Shown here one piece after another: positions 38,463-51,600 of a stretch of DNA of 64,000 bases. Within the stretch, counting starts at the first letter, position 1; every line of letters begins with the position of its first letter. A program made the position numbers and the translations under genes. The stretch is from Lingula anatina (Eukaryota > Animalia > Brachiopoda): positions 969,721-1,033,720 of the forward strand of contig CM120648.1 in the NCBI GenBank assembly GCA_051362555.1. The letters are read 5' to 3'. The notes beneath the pieces are model-generated. The model saw nothing but the letters and a program-made list of their open reading frames with translations, had not been told where the DNA came from and searched no databases.

Positions 38463-41400
38463 GTAAGTCATACTGTGATATATTCATGATATTACTTTCT
38501 GAAATCTTATTGATGTCTTCTTACAGGTTTTTACAGGTTATTTATACATCAAGTAGAAATTTTTTTTCTTGTGGTTTATGTCATGTCCACTACCAGTTAG
38601 AATGGCTGTTCTTGGTGAATTTATCGTAATAAGATGTTTGTCTAAGTAAGGTTGTTTTGACATATAACAATCTATGTTGGCCAGGAACCTGACTTAGGAC
38701 TGCGTTCAGAGTGGAGTTTTCAGAGCACTGAATTAGTACAATTGGCCTGTGAAATTATAAATCATCTTTCTGTTAATACAAAAACAAAAGAAAAAAAAAC
38801 AGAAAAGCCTATTTAAGCTGTCTAGTTATGTGACTTGGAACTATGTTCAGAGTGAGAATTATATACTAGACTTACATAATATAAGTGGAATTGACCTTTC
38901 AGACTAAAATCCTTCATTGAAAAATTAAAGAAAAAAAAAAGAGAAAGAGACAGAAATATCCTGAAACATCCCGCTGACTGGAGACGGCACTGATAACACT
39001 ACCCTGTTATTACCAGATTCCACAGTCAATGCTGCCAGCTAAAATGACAGCCATATTTGGAACGCTCACAGCAGATGTCCCCATGTCACTTCCTTCCTGG
39101 AGGCGGACACTTGTTTCTGCGTCACGAGATGATGATGGTTGCTCTAAACCATCATGCTAACATGTTTCTTTTTACAGGTTGCAAAAAAAAAAAAAAAAAA
39201 AATTACAGTCATTAATCTTTTATGTGTGGTTTTGGCATTGTTGGCAAAAAATATCACCTGGAGAGATTTAATTCATGGTCAGTGATTAATGATGTAGTGG
39301 TGCCATAGAATTCACATAACTTAGCCACCTCTGTATGGCTTGAATAACTGTTTAACACAAACATTCAGGAATGAATTTTTTCTTTTATTAGATGAAACTT
39401 ATATTCACATTGTAGTAATTTTTATTTATTTATTTATTAATTTTTATTTTATTTTTTTTTTTGTAAGTGGAGCAGATTTCTGGGCCTCAAAGGGTCCATG
39501 TGATATGGAGCATAATCAATATGTGTAGCATAGGTAAAACTGTTGTCTTCATTAAGCAGTTGTTGAGTGTTACATATAGATAATCTGTCCTGTAATTTTT
39601 GTCACGAATAGAAATATTTGATGATGGAACACCCAAGATTTAAATTGCAATCAAAGTTGATCGATATTTGACATCATTCTGTGAATGCAGTGGTGTAGAT
39701 TAGTATCATATACATTCACACTGTATAATAATAATATGTTGAAGTGAAAGAGAAAATGGTGTCATCAAAACCACAAGTGTCAGTGGTCCGTAGTGCTGTC
39801 AGTGTCACCCGCTGCCAAGGTGACCCTCCAGGCTTTCTCTGGCAGAAGACAGATGGACTGAACTGTCACATGATGTGTCAGTAACTTCTGTCACCTGCTC
39901 CGTCTATGTGATTAACACAATACAGCTGCATTAAGGAGCTGTGATAGGTGTGACAGGAGGCATTCAGTTATAATGTCAGGATGTTGTCTTGGCCTTAGAT
40001 TAGATTGTCTGTGGACTGATGGACCTGAAGCCTTTGTTTTTCAAATAAAGGAACTTAAGCAAAAAAGAAATGGTGTAAAATTTTAGACCTTAATAAAATT
40101 TGTCTTCTTTGACTTGGGATAAATCACTGGAAGTCGCTTGAAAAGGACATATTTTGCTTGTTTTTTTTTACAATAAAAGACATGGATTGTGTTTCAATCA
40201 ATACTTGCAGCCAATTTTCATGCTTAAGTGTCTGTGTGTAGCTGACCCCAGACATTTGTATATAGTTTATGTCTTTACCCCACTCTCAAATTATCATTGC
40301 TTGGTCACAGTTATTATTATGAAAGTGTGTTCCCAACACAAATAATTACCTTTCCTTTTCGCAAAACCATCTCTAACATAAAGTTTGTTGAGTTCATGTA
40401 GCATTTATATAACATATATATACAAACACATTTGTGGCATAATTACACACAGCCCCATTCAACCGGACCCAGGCTTAACCTTATTGACAAGTCCATTTAA
40501 ACGCACCTTTAACATCTTCAATAAATGTCAAATTCTTAACGAGAGTCTTTAACAAAAGAAAATCGACATGAGATTCCGTAATCACAATAGATAAGCAACA
40601 CCAAAATGCACAATGTTTTAGTGTAATTAGAGTGTATAAAAACATTACGTATTAAAGCTTATAAAACCATGTCAAACTCAGTTCATCCATGGCATCCATG
40701 CTTTAAACATGTCGATAGGTCCTTTTAAAAAGATTGTGTTTTGACACAAGAACAAAGCAACGGCAGAATAAGCAAGATGGTTTACCTAAGGTCTGCCATG
40801 AATGTGATGTGTTTGTTTTCTCGTCCTGGTGAGTCTTTTGTCACCCAGTCCAGTAGCCAGGTGTCTGGGGGTGTTTTCTTTAGGGTTGTGACAGTTATGA
40901 TAGGTATACAGGACCTGCAGTTGTCATTAGTTTGTGTGTGTCGCGTGAATATCGCGAGGCAGTTTGAAAAAAGTGATCGGAGGATTTTACGTGTAGAGGA
41001 ATTGTGGTGGTGTTGAAATGTGCTGGTTTTTAAAGGATGGAGACATGGGAATGTTTTCCATAGCAAGAGATGATTGTCATCTGATTTAAGGAATAATGTG
41101 AGACAATATGAAAGCCTTGAAGGCTGACATTGAGGAATCAGGTAGTTTTCAGTGCTCTTCACTAGACAAACTGTGAATTGATTATTTCTAAGGGAGTTGT
41201 TGGCAGTTCCTAGAACTTGGGGCAGAGGCAATTTACACTTTTCATTGAGTAAAAGAAAAGACAAGTTTGGACAAATGGGTCACCATTTTGTGGAGTACTC
41301 AGAATAGTGGTCGTTGATTCATACGTTTTAGCGTGGAAACTACTGCATTTGATAGTGGTTTTCACTTCACGCGCCTACTTACAGGAGATATACGATACAG

Positions 41401-42033
41401 AAAAAGTAACATTCCCTCCCCGACCAAGATAGCAGACAATTTCAGCTTGTTTGAATGGAAGATATTGGATAGTTAAGGAGTAATGTCGGCCTAATAGCCT
41501 GCTGTGGCCACTGCTGTTTTCACATCTTTTTTCTGTCAACAGAGACGGCTGGAGCACGTGAATTCCATCCAGAAACACAGGAACTCAAAGCTTATCTCTA
41601 ATCGGAAGAAACAAGCAGGGAATTGCAGAACATGAGAAAAAAATGTTTGTTTTTTTTGGTTTTGATTGCCCTACCTTGGATGTGGCAAACAACAGAGAAC
41701 ACAAATAGAACTAGAGGAATGTTTTAGTGCAAGTAAATTTATTATTATTTTTTTTCATGTAAGCCCAGAATGGAAACTGATAAATGAAAAAAGCCCATTA
41801 TCTTGTATTGATTATATATGATGATCATCATTATAGGAATATCTGAAATCATTAAGAGAAAACTGAGTGAATCTGAACAACAAATTAGTGTGAACTAGTA
41901 CTGTGATTCAAATCTGTGAAAGATTTAAGACCCCAAGTGCCAACTGTAAACAGGAAAAAAAAAAGAGAGAGAGAGAAATTGGAAAAATCTGTACAAAAGT
42001 CAACTCTGTGCTGTCCTGGGCACTACAGCCACA

Positions 42034-42207
42034 ATGACAGCAACCGAGAAACAACCGAGATTTCGATTTTTTGGCGGAAGCTTCAGACAATTTGTCCAAA
42101 AGAGAAAGAAATATGGCTATGCTTCTCGTACATGTCCGCAGCACGACAGCGAGTGGCTCATGTACGATAACGTCATCTGGAGCGACATGTGGATGACACG
42201 GTTATCA
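42034..42207 (+). CDS. Candidate alternative first coding exon C (MTATEKQPRFRFFGGSFRQFVQKRKKYGYASRTCPQHDSEWLMYDNVIWSDMWMTRLS), splicing to 48312
   Basis: ACAATGA start context, 58 codons, CpG-rich coding-like composition, TCA|GTAAGT donor in phase 0. Confidence 0.65.
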
Positions 42208-45200
42208 GTAAGTAGCGCCTGTATGGTGAACATATGAGGTAATTAATCAATAATTGGAAGATAAGAGGACCAATCTATCCATATGTCTATCAGTCCGGTT
42301 ACTCTCTGGAGTCTTTTATTTTGTGTGTTCCTGTGGGGGAAGAAGAAGGGGGGGGGGGGCTTTTGTGTTAAAGACTTCCCCAGTTGTTCCAGCCTTTGAT
42401 TAAATAACATTGTCTAAATAGCACTGATGCCATGCCTGTTATGCTGGGCTTATGATGACTTGGAGAACAAATTTTGGCCAACTTCTGCAAATATTTAGCA
42501 AAAAAAAAAAAAAAAAGGTCAGCAACATTTAAACTTATGTATGAATTCATTATTGACTCTAAAATATTGTCAAAGCCCCATTGTTTAAAGGGATAAGAGA
42601 GGACAAAAAATGTCATCCAAACGGCTGTAAATTAGGTGTAACAGGGGCTTGTCAGTTACGTATCTGATCTCTCAAAGTGACACCATAGATATGATAGCAC
42701 TTTACAAGGCTCGATCATGTTTCCATACTCACAGTTGATAACTTCCTTAATATGCGTTATTGACTTTATATGACATGTGATAACATGGTTACCAGTAAAT
42801 GACACCTGGGGGTAGAGATGAATAAGTAATTTAAGTAATATAAGGGACATTATCAGTGATGCCTCAGTAAGGTATGTAATTAGTAATGAGAATGAGGAGG
42901 TGTAGTGATAAATAGGGAACTGATTAAATATATATCAACTAGAGAGAACTCCTCAGGAGCAGACCTCTAAAATATATCACTTAAAGGTATGACACTGAAT
43001 GATAAAAATGAAGGAAAAAAATTGAGTTTGACATTGAGATTAAGACACATTGCCTGGCGTGCATGCCCCCAAATGAGAAATTAAAGTAGATGAACAATCA
43101 AGAAATATTTTTGATTGATGCTAATTGCCTAAGCACAGAATACAACCAAATGATAAATTAAAAACCCTTATTGTCTTATATTATCTTAAGATAACGCTTT
43201 ATTTCTCACTGAATTATATATAAATTTCCTCTTGTCACAGGTCTGTCCCCCATGGTCCTTACACAAGAGTGGAGTTTAATATGTTTATGGACCCACCTTT
43301 AGATTATATGTCAATACATTTATTTATATAATGTCTTTAAACGGTGCCCTCTGCATGTTTGGACTTGTCGTTACCGCAGCGCAGCGTGTGTGACCAGCTG
43401 CTGGAGATTTTAGTCAAACTAATTTAAATATTTGATAATAATAATGATCCCTATATCATTCTGAACGGATGTTGCTATTTTAAAAAGTCAGCTTTTGGGG
43501 TGGGACTGAAATGTGGCTCAAATTGGTAAAAATAACTGTTTGGTGGTCATTTGTGTTCTCCCTTTGTTTTGATTTGTAGAGTAAGCCAAGTTGCCATGAC
43601 CAGAAACTTTCTTTTTTTTCCCCTCCTTATCACGGTGTGCTTGTAAAATCAAAGTGTCCTTTAGAAAGTTGCATTTATCTCGTCAATTCCTTTAATCCAG
43701 CAACTGAGGAATCCTTTGAAATGGGTTGATTGGGACATTATGGGGGATCAGCACTTGTTTGTGTAAGTTACGATAACGTGATAGTGCACACACGGTGGCC
43801 CGTGTTTGCTCATGTCTGGTGGAGGTTCAGGACGGCTAGGGAGACTACGGTAGTTAGTCAATGAATTCAAACAACGTGGATAATTTTCCTCTCCAAAATG
43901 TCTTGTTAGTAATACTAAAAAAAAGTTGGTTCAAAAGTTTTGGAAAGTTATTTGGCTGAGCATCAGAAAGTAAATGGTTGCAAGTGCTTGTAACGTGATA
44001 AATCGTGATGAAGTAAAAGAGAGGTGTTTGAAAACTTGAAGTAATTACCGTAATGTCTCTCAGGGAGAACATCCAGGTCTTATCAGTTGGTTAGCGTGTG
44101 GGAAGAAGACCTTGTGATATATTAACAAGAGTATAGTGAGAACTGCTGTTTGAGTTTGACATCATTCACAAGATACAGTACTTAGAGGTATTCCTGATTA
44201 TACCTTAGACATCTGAATTAGAGACGAAACTTGAAAGTGTTTGAACCAAACTTCCATTCTGATGGAGTTCGGGATCAAAGAATACAAAACTAAGGGATAC
44301 AGGATTGAAGCAAATTTAAAAGGTAAAAGTTGAATTTAGTTTTTAAAGTGGAGACAGCTCAGTCTTAGGTCATATAATTTTAATGTAAATAGTTGATATC
44401 GGAGAAGAATGGGTCCTGTTTGAACAGGGAATGATAGTTAAAGGTTTGAATATGGGTGTTTACTGCAAGGTTGAGGTGTAGTTGTTTACAGGTATGGTGG
44501 GAATTCCAATCTGTACCTCAGTCATGCAATGAATGTGTTACCTTTACAGGTGTAGCCTGGAAATTGACTCATTAATACTGGGGCCTGTTTACAGAGAGTT
44601 TTAGACCAATTGTTGTTTTTTACTTTAAGACCAAAACTTTTGAGCTATTTTGAGCCAGGATAAAAAGTAGGAACCCATTTAAATGAAATATTGTTTTGTA
44701 GCAAGAAAAGGATGGCTTCTGTTTGAGACTAATAGTTACATTTTTCTATTCCTCTACTGCCAGTTTATCCAGAGCTTAAGTAAAATAAAATTTTGTTCTA
44801 ATATTTTAGACCAAAATTCCACCTAAATTTCTTTTGTGAAATGGATCCCTGATTACAGAAGCTAATTTGAAAAATATTCAGTAGGTTTTATTACCAAGCT
44901 TTAATTAGGATTTTAAAAAAATAAGGATTTAAAACTGAGGGTATCCAAGAAATAATTTAAGATGCTTAGATAAATTTTGCAGAATTACAACATTAGAACT
45001 GGAGGTATGTATTGAATTATTTATTATACTAATTAACTTTGAAAAGACCTTATACTATATCATATTATTGAGAAGGTTGCACTGAAGAGGTCAGAAGGAT
45101 AGATAGGTAAATAGATATTAGTAAACTCGACATAAGGAACAGATGCTTCTTATGTGTGCACCATTTTTCTTTTGAGAAGCAGTACTTCCCAAAACATACG

Positions 45201-45854
45201 GTATGGACATATTTCATCATCAGGTTGAAACTGCTGAGGGTATTAATACCTTGCCGTGTGAAACAGGTTCCACTGTGAACAAAATGGGAATATTTTTTGA
45301 TTTGTTTATTTTGAAAATCATTTCTAATCATTTCTGAGTGTTGTGACTGCCAGCTCACATGTGATGTGATGCAGACACCTTGTAGACAAATAAATGAGAA
45401 AAGAGGGAAATGAAAAGAATAAATAAATAGGTAGGAAGATAGGATGATGGGGAGACATTACAACCTGCATGTTCTTTCACAAGGAAGGTTATATACTGCA
45501 GGAAATTGGATCATTTGTTTCTTTCATTAATGACTTTGGTGAAGACGATAAGTTTGAAGATCACGGCATTGTTACACAAAAGAAAATTTGTGTGGTGTTG
45601 GGCATCAAAGGACTCCTTAAAAGCTCAGTTTGATGTGACTGCGGTTGTTTGTTGCCGTGGGTAATAAGAATGTTGCCACTCACCTTGGGAGTCGGGAGGC
45701 GAGATATAGCTGTGTGTCTTACGGCTTCTTCGACGTAGGTATTACAGGCAAATTTGTTTCTGAGATGACGTCTTTTGGTAAGAAGGCGGGTGGTAGATTC
45801 ATGGTAATGGGAGCATAATTTGATTTCTCTGCTGATGGTGATTATGGAGTTGGC

Positions 45855-45914
45855 ATGGAGATGCTGGGCTCTTGTATAACATCAGTCGTCACTGAGGAAT
45901 CTGATAATTTGCAG
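45855..45914 (+). CDS. Weak candidate alternative first coding exon (MEMLGSCITSVVTEESDNLQ)
   Basis: GGCATGG start, 20 codons, CAG|GTTGGT donor in phase 0. Confidence 0.3.
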
Positions 45915-47636
45915 GTTGGTAAATATTTGAAAGGCTGAGATTACTTCTCAGTATTTTTCATTTTTTCATTACTGTTATTATGTTTTTTACTTAAGCTTTG
46001 TAACTTTTTTTTGGTGTTTTTTACAGTGTCGGTGATAAATTGTGGAAAAGGGGTTAATTAATTAATTAATTATAATTGTTTTTGCATTTTGGTGTCAGTG
46101 AGTTGTCTTCATCGTTTGGGAGAGCTTAGAAAATCAGAAGAGAGGAAAAAACAGTGTAACGGTCATTACATAGGTCTTGTACAAGACGGTTAAAAACTAG
46201 GTTAGGTGTAATTGTAAATCTTAATACAAGCTGTAGCATTTAGAACAGAATTTCATTAAACAAAAGAAGAAGCATGTGTGAGAAGTGAGGTTGGATGCCA
46301 CTCTGATTTTGTTACAAAATGTAGGAGTGTGAAATTGTATGACTATTTTGTTACTCGTGATATAAATTGGCATTCCTCTGGCAGAGGGGATATTTCTGAA
46401 GTGCATGCCTTTCATGGTTTTGGGTTGTTGGGATGACTGTCAGGTGTGGTATCGTATGTTCAAGGGAATTTTTTTCCGAAATATCTGTGGATATTTGAAA
46501 CTGGTATGAGTATTTGTTTTATTATGGCATTCTATTATGAGTTGTTACATTTATTCAAATTATTTTCAAAACAAAAAAGTTTTTTTAAGACCTATGGTAT
46601 AAGGTCAGTTTCACTCATATGTTGTCAGGGATGTGTTTAATTAAGGTGAAGTCAGACAAAGATACAACTGGACCGATTTTGTATCTAGATGTTGTCACTA
46701 GATAACTTGACAACTGAGTCAGTTTAGAGCCTGTCTGAATCATTCAAATTTTACATGAATTGAGTTAAGAATTAACTTAAATGTAAAGGCATATTCACAA
46801 TGGATCTAATTAAGTCAGGAAATCAAGACCATCACTGGATGGCCAGCTCTCAAAGAAACCCCTAAGAGTGCTAATTCTCAGTTAGACCAGATTTCGGCCT
46901 GAGTTTGTCTGGTGTAAACACACCCCAGTAAAGTGCATCATTGTATCTTCAAGTTGTTAACTAGGTTCCTAGATATTGCCTGCTCTACCTGGAGAATTAA
47001 TTAAACCTCTCAATCACTGGCCCGCTGAGAAGAACTAATTAAACCCCTCCATCAATGGCTGGCAGTGTTACACAGTGACAAATGACTTGACATTTCAATA
47101 TTGTTTGATTCCTTACAGTGGCATGTGTTGTATAACTGACCGTTGAGATTGTGCTGCAGAGGAGCTCTTGAAATTTGGTTGTCAAGGCTCAGTTCACATG
47201 TACAAATAAGAAATGGCTTTGTGAAGTTCTGTTTCTGATGGTTTATTCCATTTTATTTTTGCTGGCCAGGTGCCTTGTGTCCTTCTTGATCTAGTCTCTC
47301 CTGGAACTTTGACAATAAGGGGCGGGGGGGGGGGGGGTGCTCTTCATAATCTGATTACCCATGTGACTTTGTGTTTATTTTTTCCTTTGTCCAGTCTGGT
47401 CCGGTTGATTCTGAACTATTCCCCCACAGTGCTGGTGCTAAAGTATTTTTACTTAAAACTGAATGCTGCAGAACAAACTCTATTTTGAGTATGTGAACAG
47501 GTCCAAGACTTCAGATGTTCCTCCACTTTTAGATTTTCTGAAAACAAGATGGAAAATAAGGAGGAAGTGTTTGACTTTCATTGTGAAATGTTAGCAGAGA
47601 GCAACATCAGTTAGCTCGTGACCTTTGTCTCTTTAG

Positions 47637-47666
47637 AAAAGGAAAAAAAGACAACTACAAAACAAG
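47637..47666 (+). CDS. Candidate 30-nt microexon KRKKRQLQNK
   Basis: gtgacctttgtctctttag acceptor, AAG|GTAATT donor, phase 0-0, open. Confidence 0.45.
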
Positions 47667-48311
47667 GTAATTTGTCATGAGCAGATATCAGTACCTGAAA
47701 GATATAAAGGACTGATTGTGCTGTCTTCAGAAATATTACAAACTTTTGATGTTGTCGTAGCATGCATGGAACAGTGGATTTCAGCATTTGTCTGCTTTGA
47801 GAGTCTGTAATAAGTTTGTAAGGTCACATTGTACAAGCTGATGATTGGCAATGGGGACAAAAGAAGATCGTCTATGAATTGTTAAGGTGAAATTAGCACC
47901 TAGTGAAATATAGGGATGTACATGGTTGTACATGTTAACTTACATATAGTCACATAGAATGGGTTGTAGGTTGTGGTTTGAATACAGGGACATATCTCCT
48001 GAAGAGTGATTTCAGTGGGTGATACTTGCAGCAGATTTTTTTGTATGAATTAATGTATTATTGTTGCTATTGTCATTATTATAATTTTTATTATTTATTG
48101 AAACTTAAGTATTAGTAGTTTAAATCATGGGTATCTCAACTTCAGATTTCTTATGCATACATTGTTATTATTATTTACTATATTATTATAATTTTTATTT
48201 CTGTTGACACTTCAGCATTGACATGCATTGTTGTATCCTCATCTGAATGGGTTATTTTGTGAATCTTTTGCTATTGGCTAATTTTTTTTTCTTTTTTTTT
48301 TTCTTCAACAG

Positions 48312-48688
48312 CAAGGTAAAAATCCCATGCTCAATAGACCTCTCCCTGCAACACCCATGGAGGACAGAAAGACCCCCAAAAACAAGGAAGGTCAAAGGTC
48401 AAGCTTGGCAAGTGAAGGCCAAAGGTCAAGGTCAAGTCTGGCCAGTGAAGGTCAAAGGTCGAGGTCGAGTTGGTCCAGCGAAGGACAGAGGTCGAGTTAT
48501 GCCTCTTCAAGCAGTGACAGTGCTAGTCTTGCACCAAATTACACAGCTCATGTGAATGGAACAGTTAAACAAAATGTATACAACACACGTTATCAGAATG
48601 ACAGCCCTTTTCGATATAGCAATTGTCAGAATGGAGCAGCTGGAACTTATGCAGTTGGGCCCTCTGGATCCACAGGCTTGCCATTAAG
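48312..48688 (+). CDS. SH2D5: SH2D5-like exon 7 (QGKNPMLNRPLPATP..., SEGQRS repeats)
   Basis: Long T-tract plus caacag acceptor in phase 0. AG|GTAGGG donor in phase 2 matches exon 8. RPLPATP is a class I SH3-ligand-like motif. Confidence 0.85.
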
Positions 48689-51600
48689 GTAGGGTGATTT
48701 TATTTGAGTGTGGCTGATTTTTTTTTTTCAGTGAAGAGTTGTTCGTTACCTGCCAAAAAACAGAATCAGTTTGATGGCTACATAGCCAAGTTATCAGCCT
48801 TTGTTATGGAGCTGACATGTGTTATTGTTTATTCTTTTTTACTACTCATTATAGAGCAAAGCGTTTTAAAAGGAAAAAGGTTTTCTTTGAAGATATCCAT
48901 GCACCAGTTGAGAAGGAGTGTCTACAGTCAGCGGGTTTGAAAACTAGGAGAGTAATCTGAAATCTGTTAGCAATAATCCTTCCTCTCCCACCATCAACTG
49001 GTCTGCCAAAAAGACATTATATCATTACACACACTTATAAAACACAAATACCTACAAGATATACTTAAAAACTAAGGTATGGGCTCTAGGCTCAGCAGAT
49101 GCCCAAAAAAAAAAAAGGCTGTGAGATATGTGAAGTAGGCTAGTAATACAGGAGCTCTCTCAACAAAAGGGTTGTACAATAACTGTGCAAATCCATCCAA
49201 TAAAGTAGAAATTTGTCAAGAGAAAGAGAGAGCTGCCAGTTTTGAATAGCTTTCTGCTGAGCAAGCAGAGTCCTATTACAATGGTAACTTAAGCCAGTGT
49301 CAGCTCAGAGATAGCAAGACCTGTGTGTGTGAGTGCGTGCGTGCGTGCGTGCGTGTGTGCGTGCGTGCGTGTAGGAAGGGGAGGGCTGGTGCTAAAGGTG
49401 TGGTCACATTAAGAATTTTAAACAGATTTCTGAACCAATGATAAAAAAAATAAATAAATAAATAAGAACTGTATACAGATCTCAATCTCACTCCCTTCAA
49501 AAATTATTAGATAAAAGATTTTTTAATAAATATGTATTAAATATATATCATCCCAAGCTCAGCAATTGTCCACGTGAACAAATGTAATGATAGATTTTTC
49601 TTTGATATCTCTTTTATGTTATTTCATTTTTGGCACGTCATCTTGCATACATCTATAAAGTATATGATCTGGGAGCCATCTGAAAAATACAGACAAAAAA
49701 AAAAAAAAATGCCTCAAGTTCTTTCAGGTGACAAAGAGGGTATAATACAAAGTAATTGTTTACACAGGGAAATCCCTTTCTTTCCACAAGTCTGGTTATA
49801 TTTATACTTGAGGATAAAGTAAATCCATATTCAATTAGGACAGTTAGGTAAACAGGTTGACTATTTTGGAGGACTTATGGGGTAAATTACACTTCAGTGT
49901 CTACAGACCATTCCAGACTGATTTTATTCCTAAAGATTACGGTAGTTATTCCATGAATTTGAAAGAAATGATTTAAAATGGTGATACATTCAGATGTTTT
50001 GAAAAAAGCTATGGATTTGTGTAAGAGAGTAATTGGCGAAAAATGATGAAAAAATAATGTATTATGAAAATGAAAAGTTACCATACTCGGGGATATTTTA
50101 GGAATTAGATTGTTTGATTCACACAGATATATGTGTGGGTGGAAAATGGGGAAGACCCCACTCTACCACATAACTGTAGATACCTGACTTTACTTTTCAC
50201 CCAATTTTCGGTCCAAAGTAGTTCTCTTGTGAACAGACTTGATTTGTTGAGCAGAATATCAAGTAGAGACTATTTTGTATGTTTGTGCCACCTTTTTAGA
50301 CAGATAGTTACGGAAGCTTACCATCAATCTTAACATGGGAAAAAAAGAAAACACCAGATTTGCTATCCCCAGGTGAAATTTCCACACCTTCATGTAGCGT
50401 GAATTTTTTTCAAAATTACCATTTTAAATTGATAATTTTAGAGTTAAATTGCAAACTTCTAACTTTTTTGCTGAAATATCTGTCTGCCTTTTTAAACACA
50501 TTTTGTTCCATACCCTTAGAAAAGAATTTTTTGGACTAATTGAATTATACTGGCTGATACTGAAAAGGCAAAATTCAACACCTTGGATGTGGGTTTTTTT
50601 CAAAGATGTGTAAGCCTATAAGGCTTTATACATTAACATTTTCATTTAATTACACCTGAGAGATTTGCACTATTAGAATTTGAATGATGCTCTCTGTGGG
50701 AGTTTTTGACAGACTTATGAGCCTCTACCTACAGCCCATTAGTCTGTGCAGGTAAATATGCCTCAGCAAGCAGCCATCTTTAGATTTTTTTTTTTTTCGA
50801 TGATTTTGTAAGAAGTTTCAAGCCCATTCAAGTATAATGAGAGATGAAGTCATTTCACTAGTGAATGTGGAAAATGTAAATTGCAAAATTGATTTACTGG
50901 AATAGTAAATATAAATCAAAGTTACCACATCACTGAATTCAGAAAAAAGGAAATAATCAGACTTACAGAGTGGGTGGGGTCATACTCAACACGTACCCAT
51001 TTTTCTTCCTATATTCTGTTTGAGCTCAGCAGGTATTAAGGAAGTGACACTTTTTTTTAGATAGACTTTGTGGTGTTGTTATTTAACGTCTTTATAGGCC
51101 TTGAAATAATTCACTTAAACTGAAAGATATAAAAGATGTAATAGAAGAGATGTCACAGATAAGAAATTCATGATGAGTAGAGGAAGTATGAATGGAGAAG
51201 TTAGGCTTTAAGGAAATAAGGCAGGTAAAATGTATAAGACTATTGCAAAAATGCAAATAAACTTTTTAAAAAATAAAAATAACAGAAAAAGAGTGATCAT
51301 CTTTTATGGATAGGTGAATTCTCAATTCATTAAGAAGATAACCCATTTGTTGTTGATAAACATGATACATTCAGTGAAATATTGGAAAGTAATACCCTCA
51401 ATAAAGAGACATGTTTGCTACACAAGGTCATAAAAAATCGGGTGCATGTTTACTGAAGATAGTAGACCAGCTGATACAGTGACAGCAAGGAATGCAGATT
51501 AATGTGTTGTCTGCTGTATCTGCACTCAGTTGTGACCCTTTTCAGACCACCATTTGACTCACTGACCGGTTGTGATTTTGCCTTTAAAATGCCGCCCCCC

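Noticed and set aside
40777-40834. ORF MVYLRSAMNVMCLFSRP ending at CTG|GTGAGT
   Set aside because: Phase 1 fits no downstream constant exon; at most a non-coding exon.
40782-41264. 160-aa minus-strand ORF
   Set aside because: Non-ATG start, no domain-like features and no supporting exon structure.
44578-44850. Possible old MITE (CTGGGGCCTGTTTACA...TGTGAAATGGATCCCTG)
   Set aside because: TIRs too diverged and no TSD to call confidently.
48247-48555. Alternative-frame ORF (KVKGQ repeats) over exon 7
   Set aside because: Starts in the intron T-tract; only the EGQRS frame fits both splice phases.
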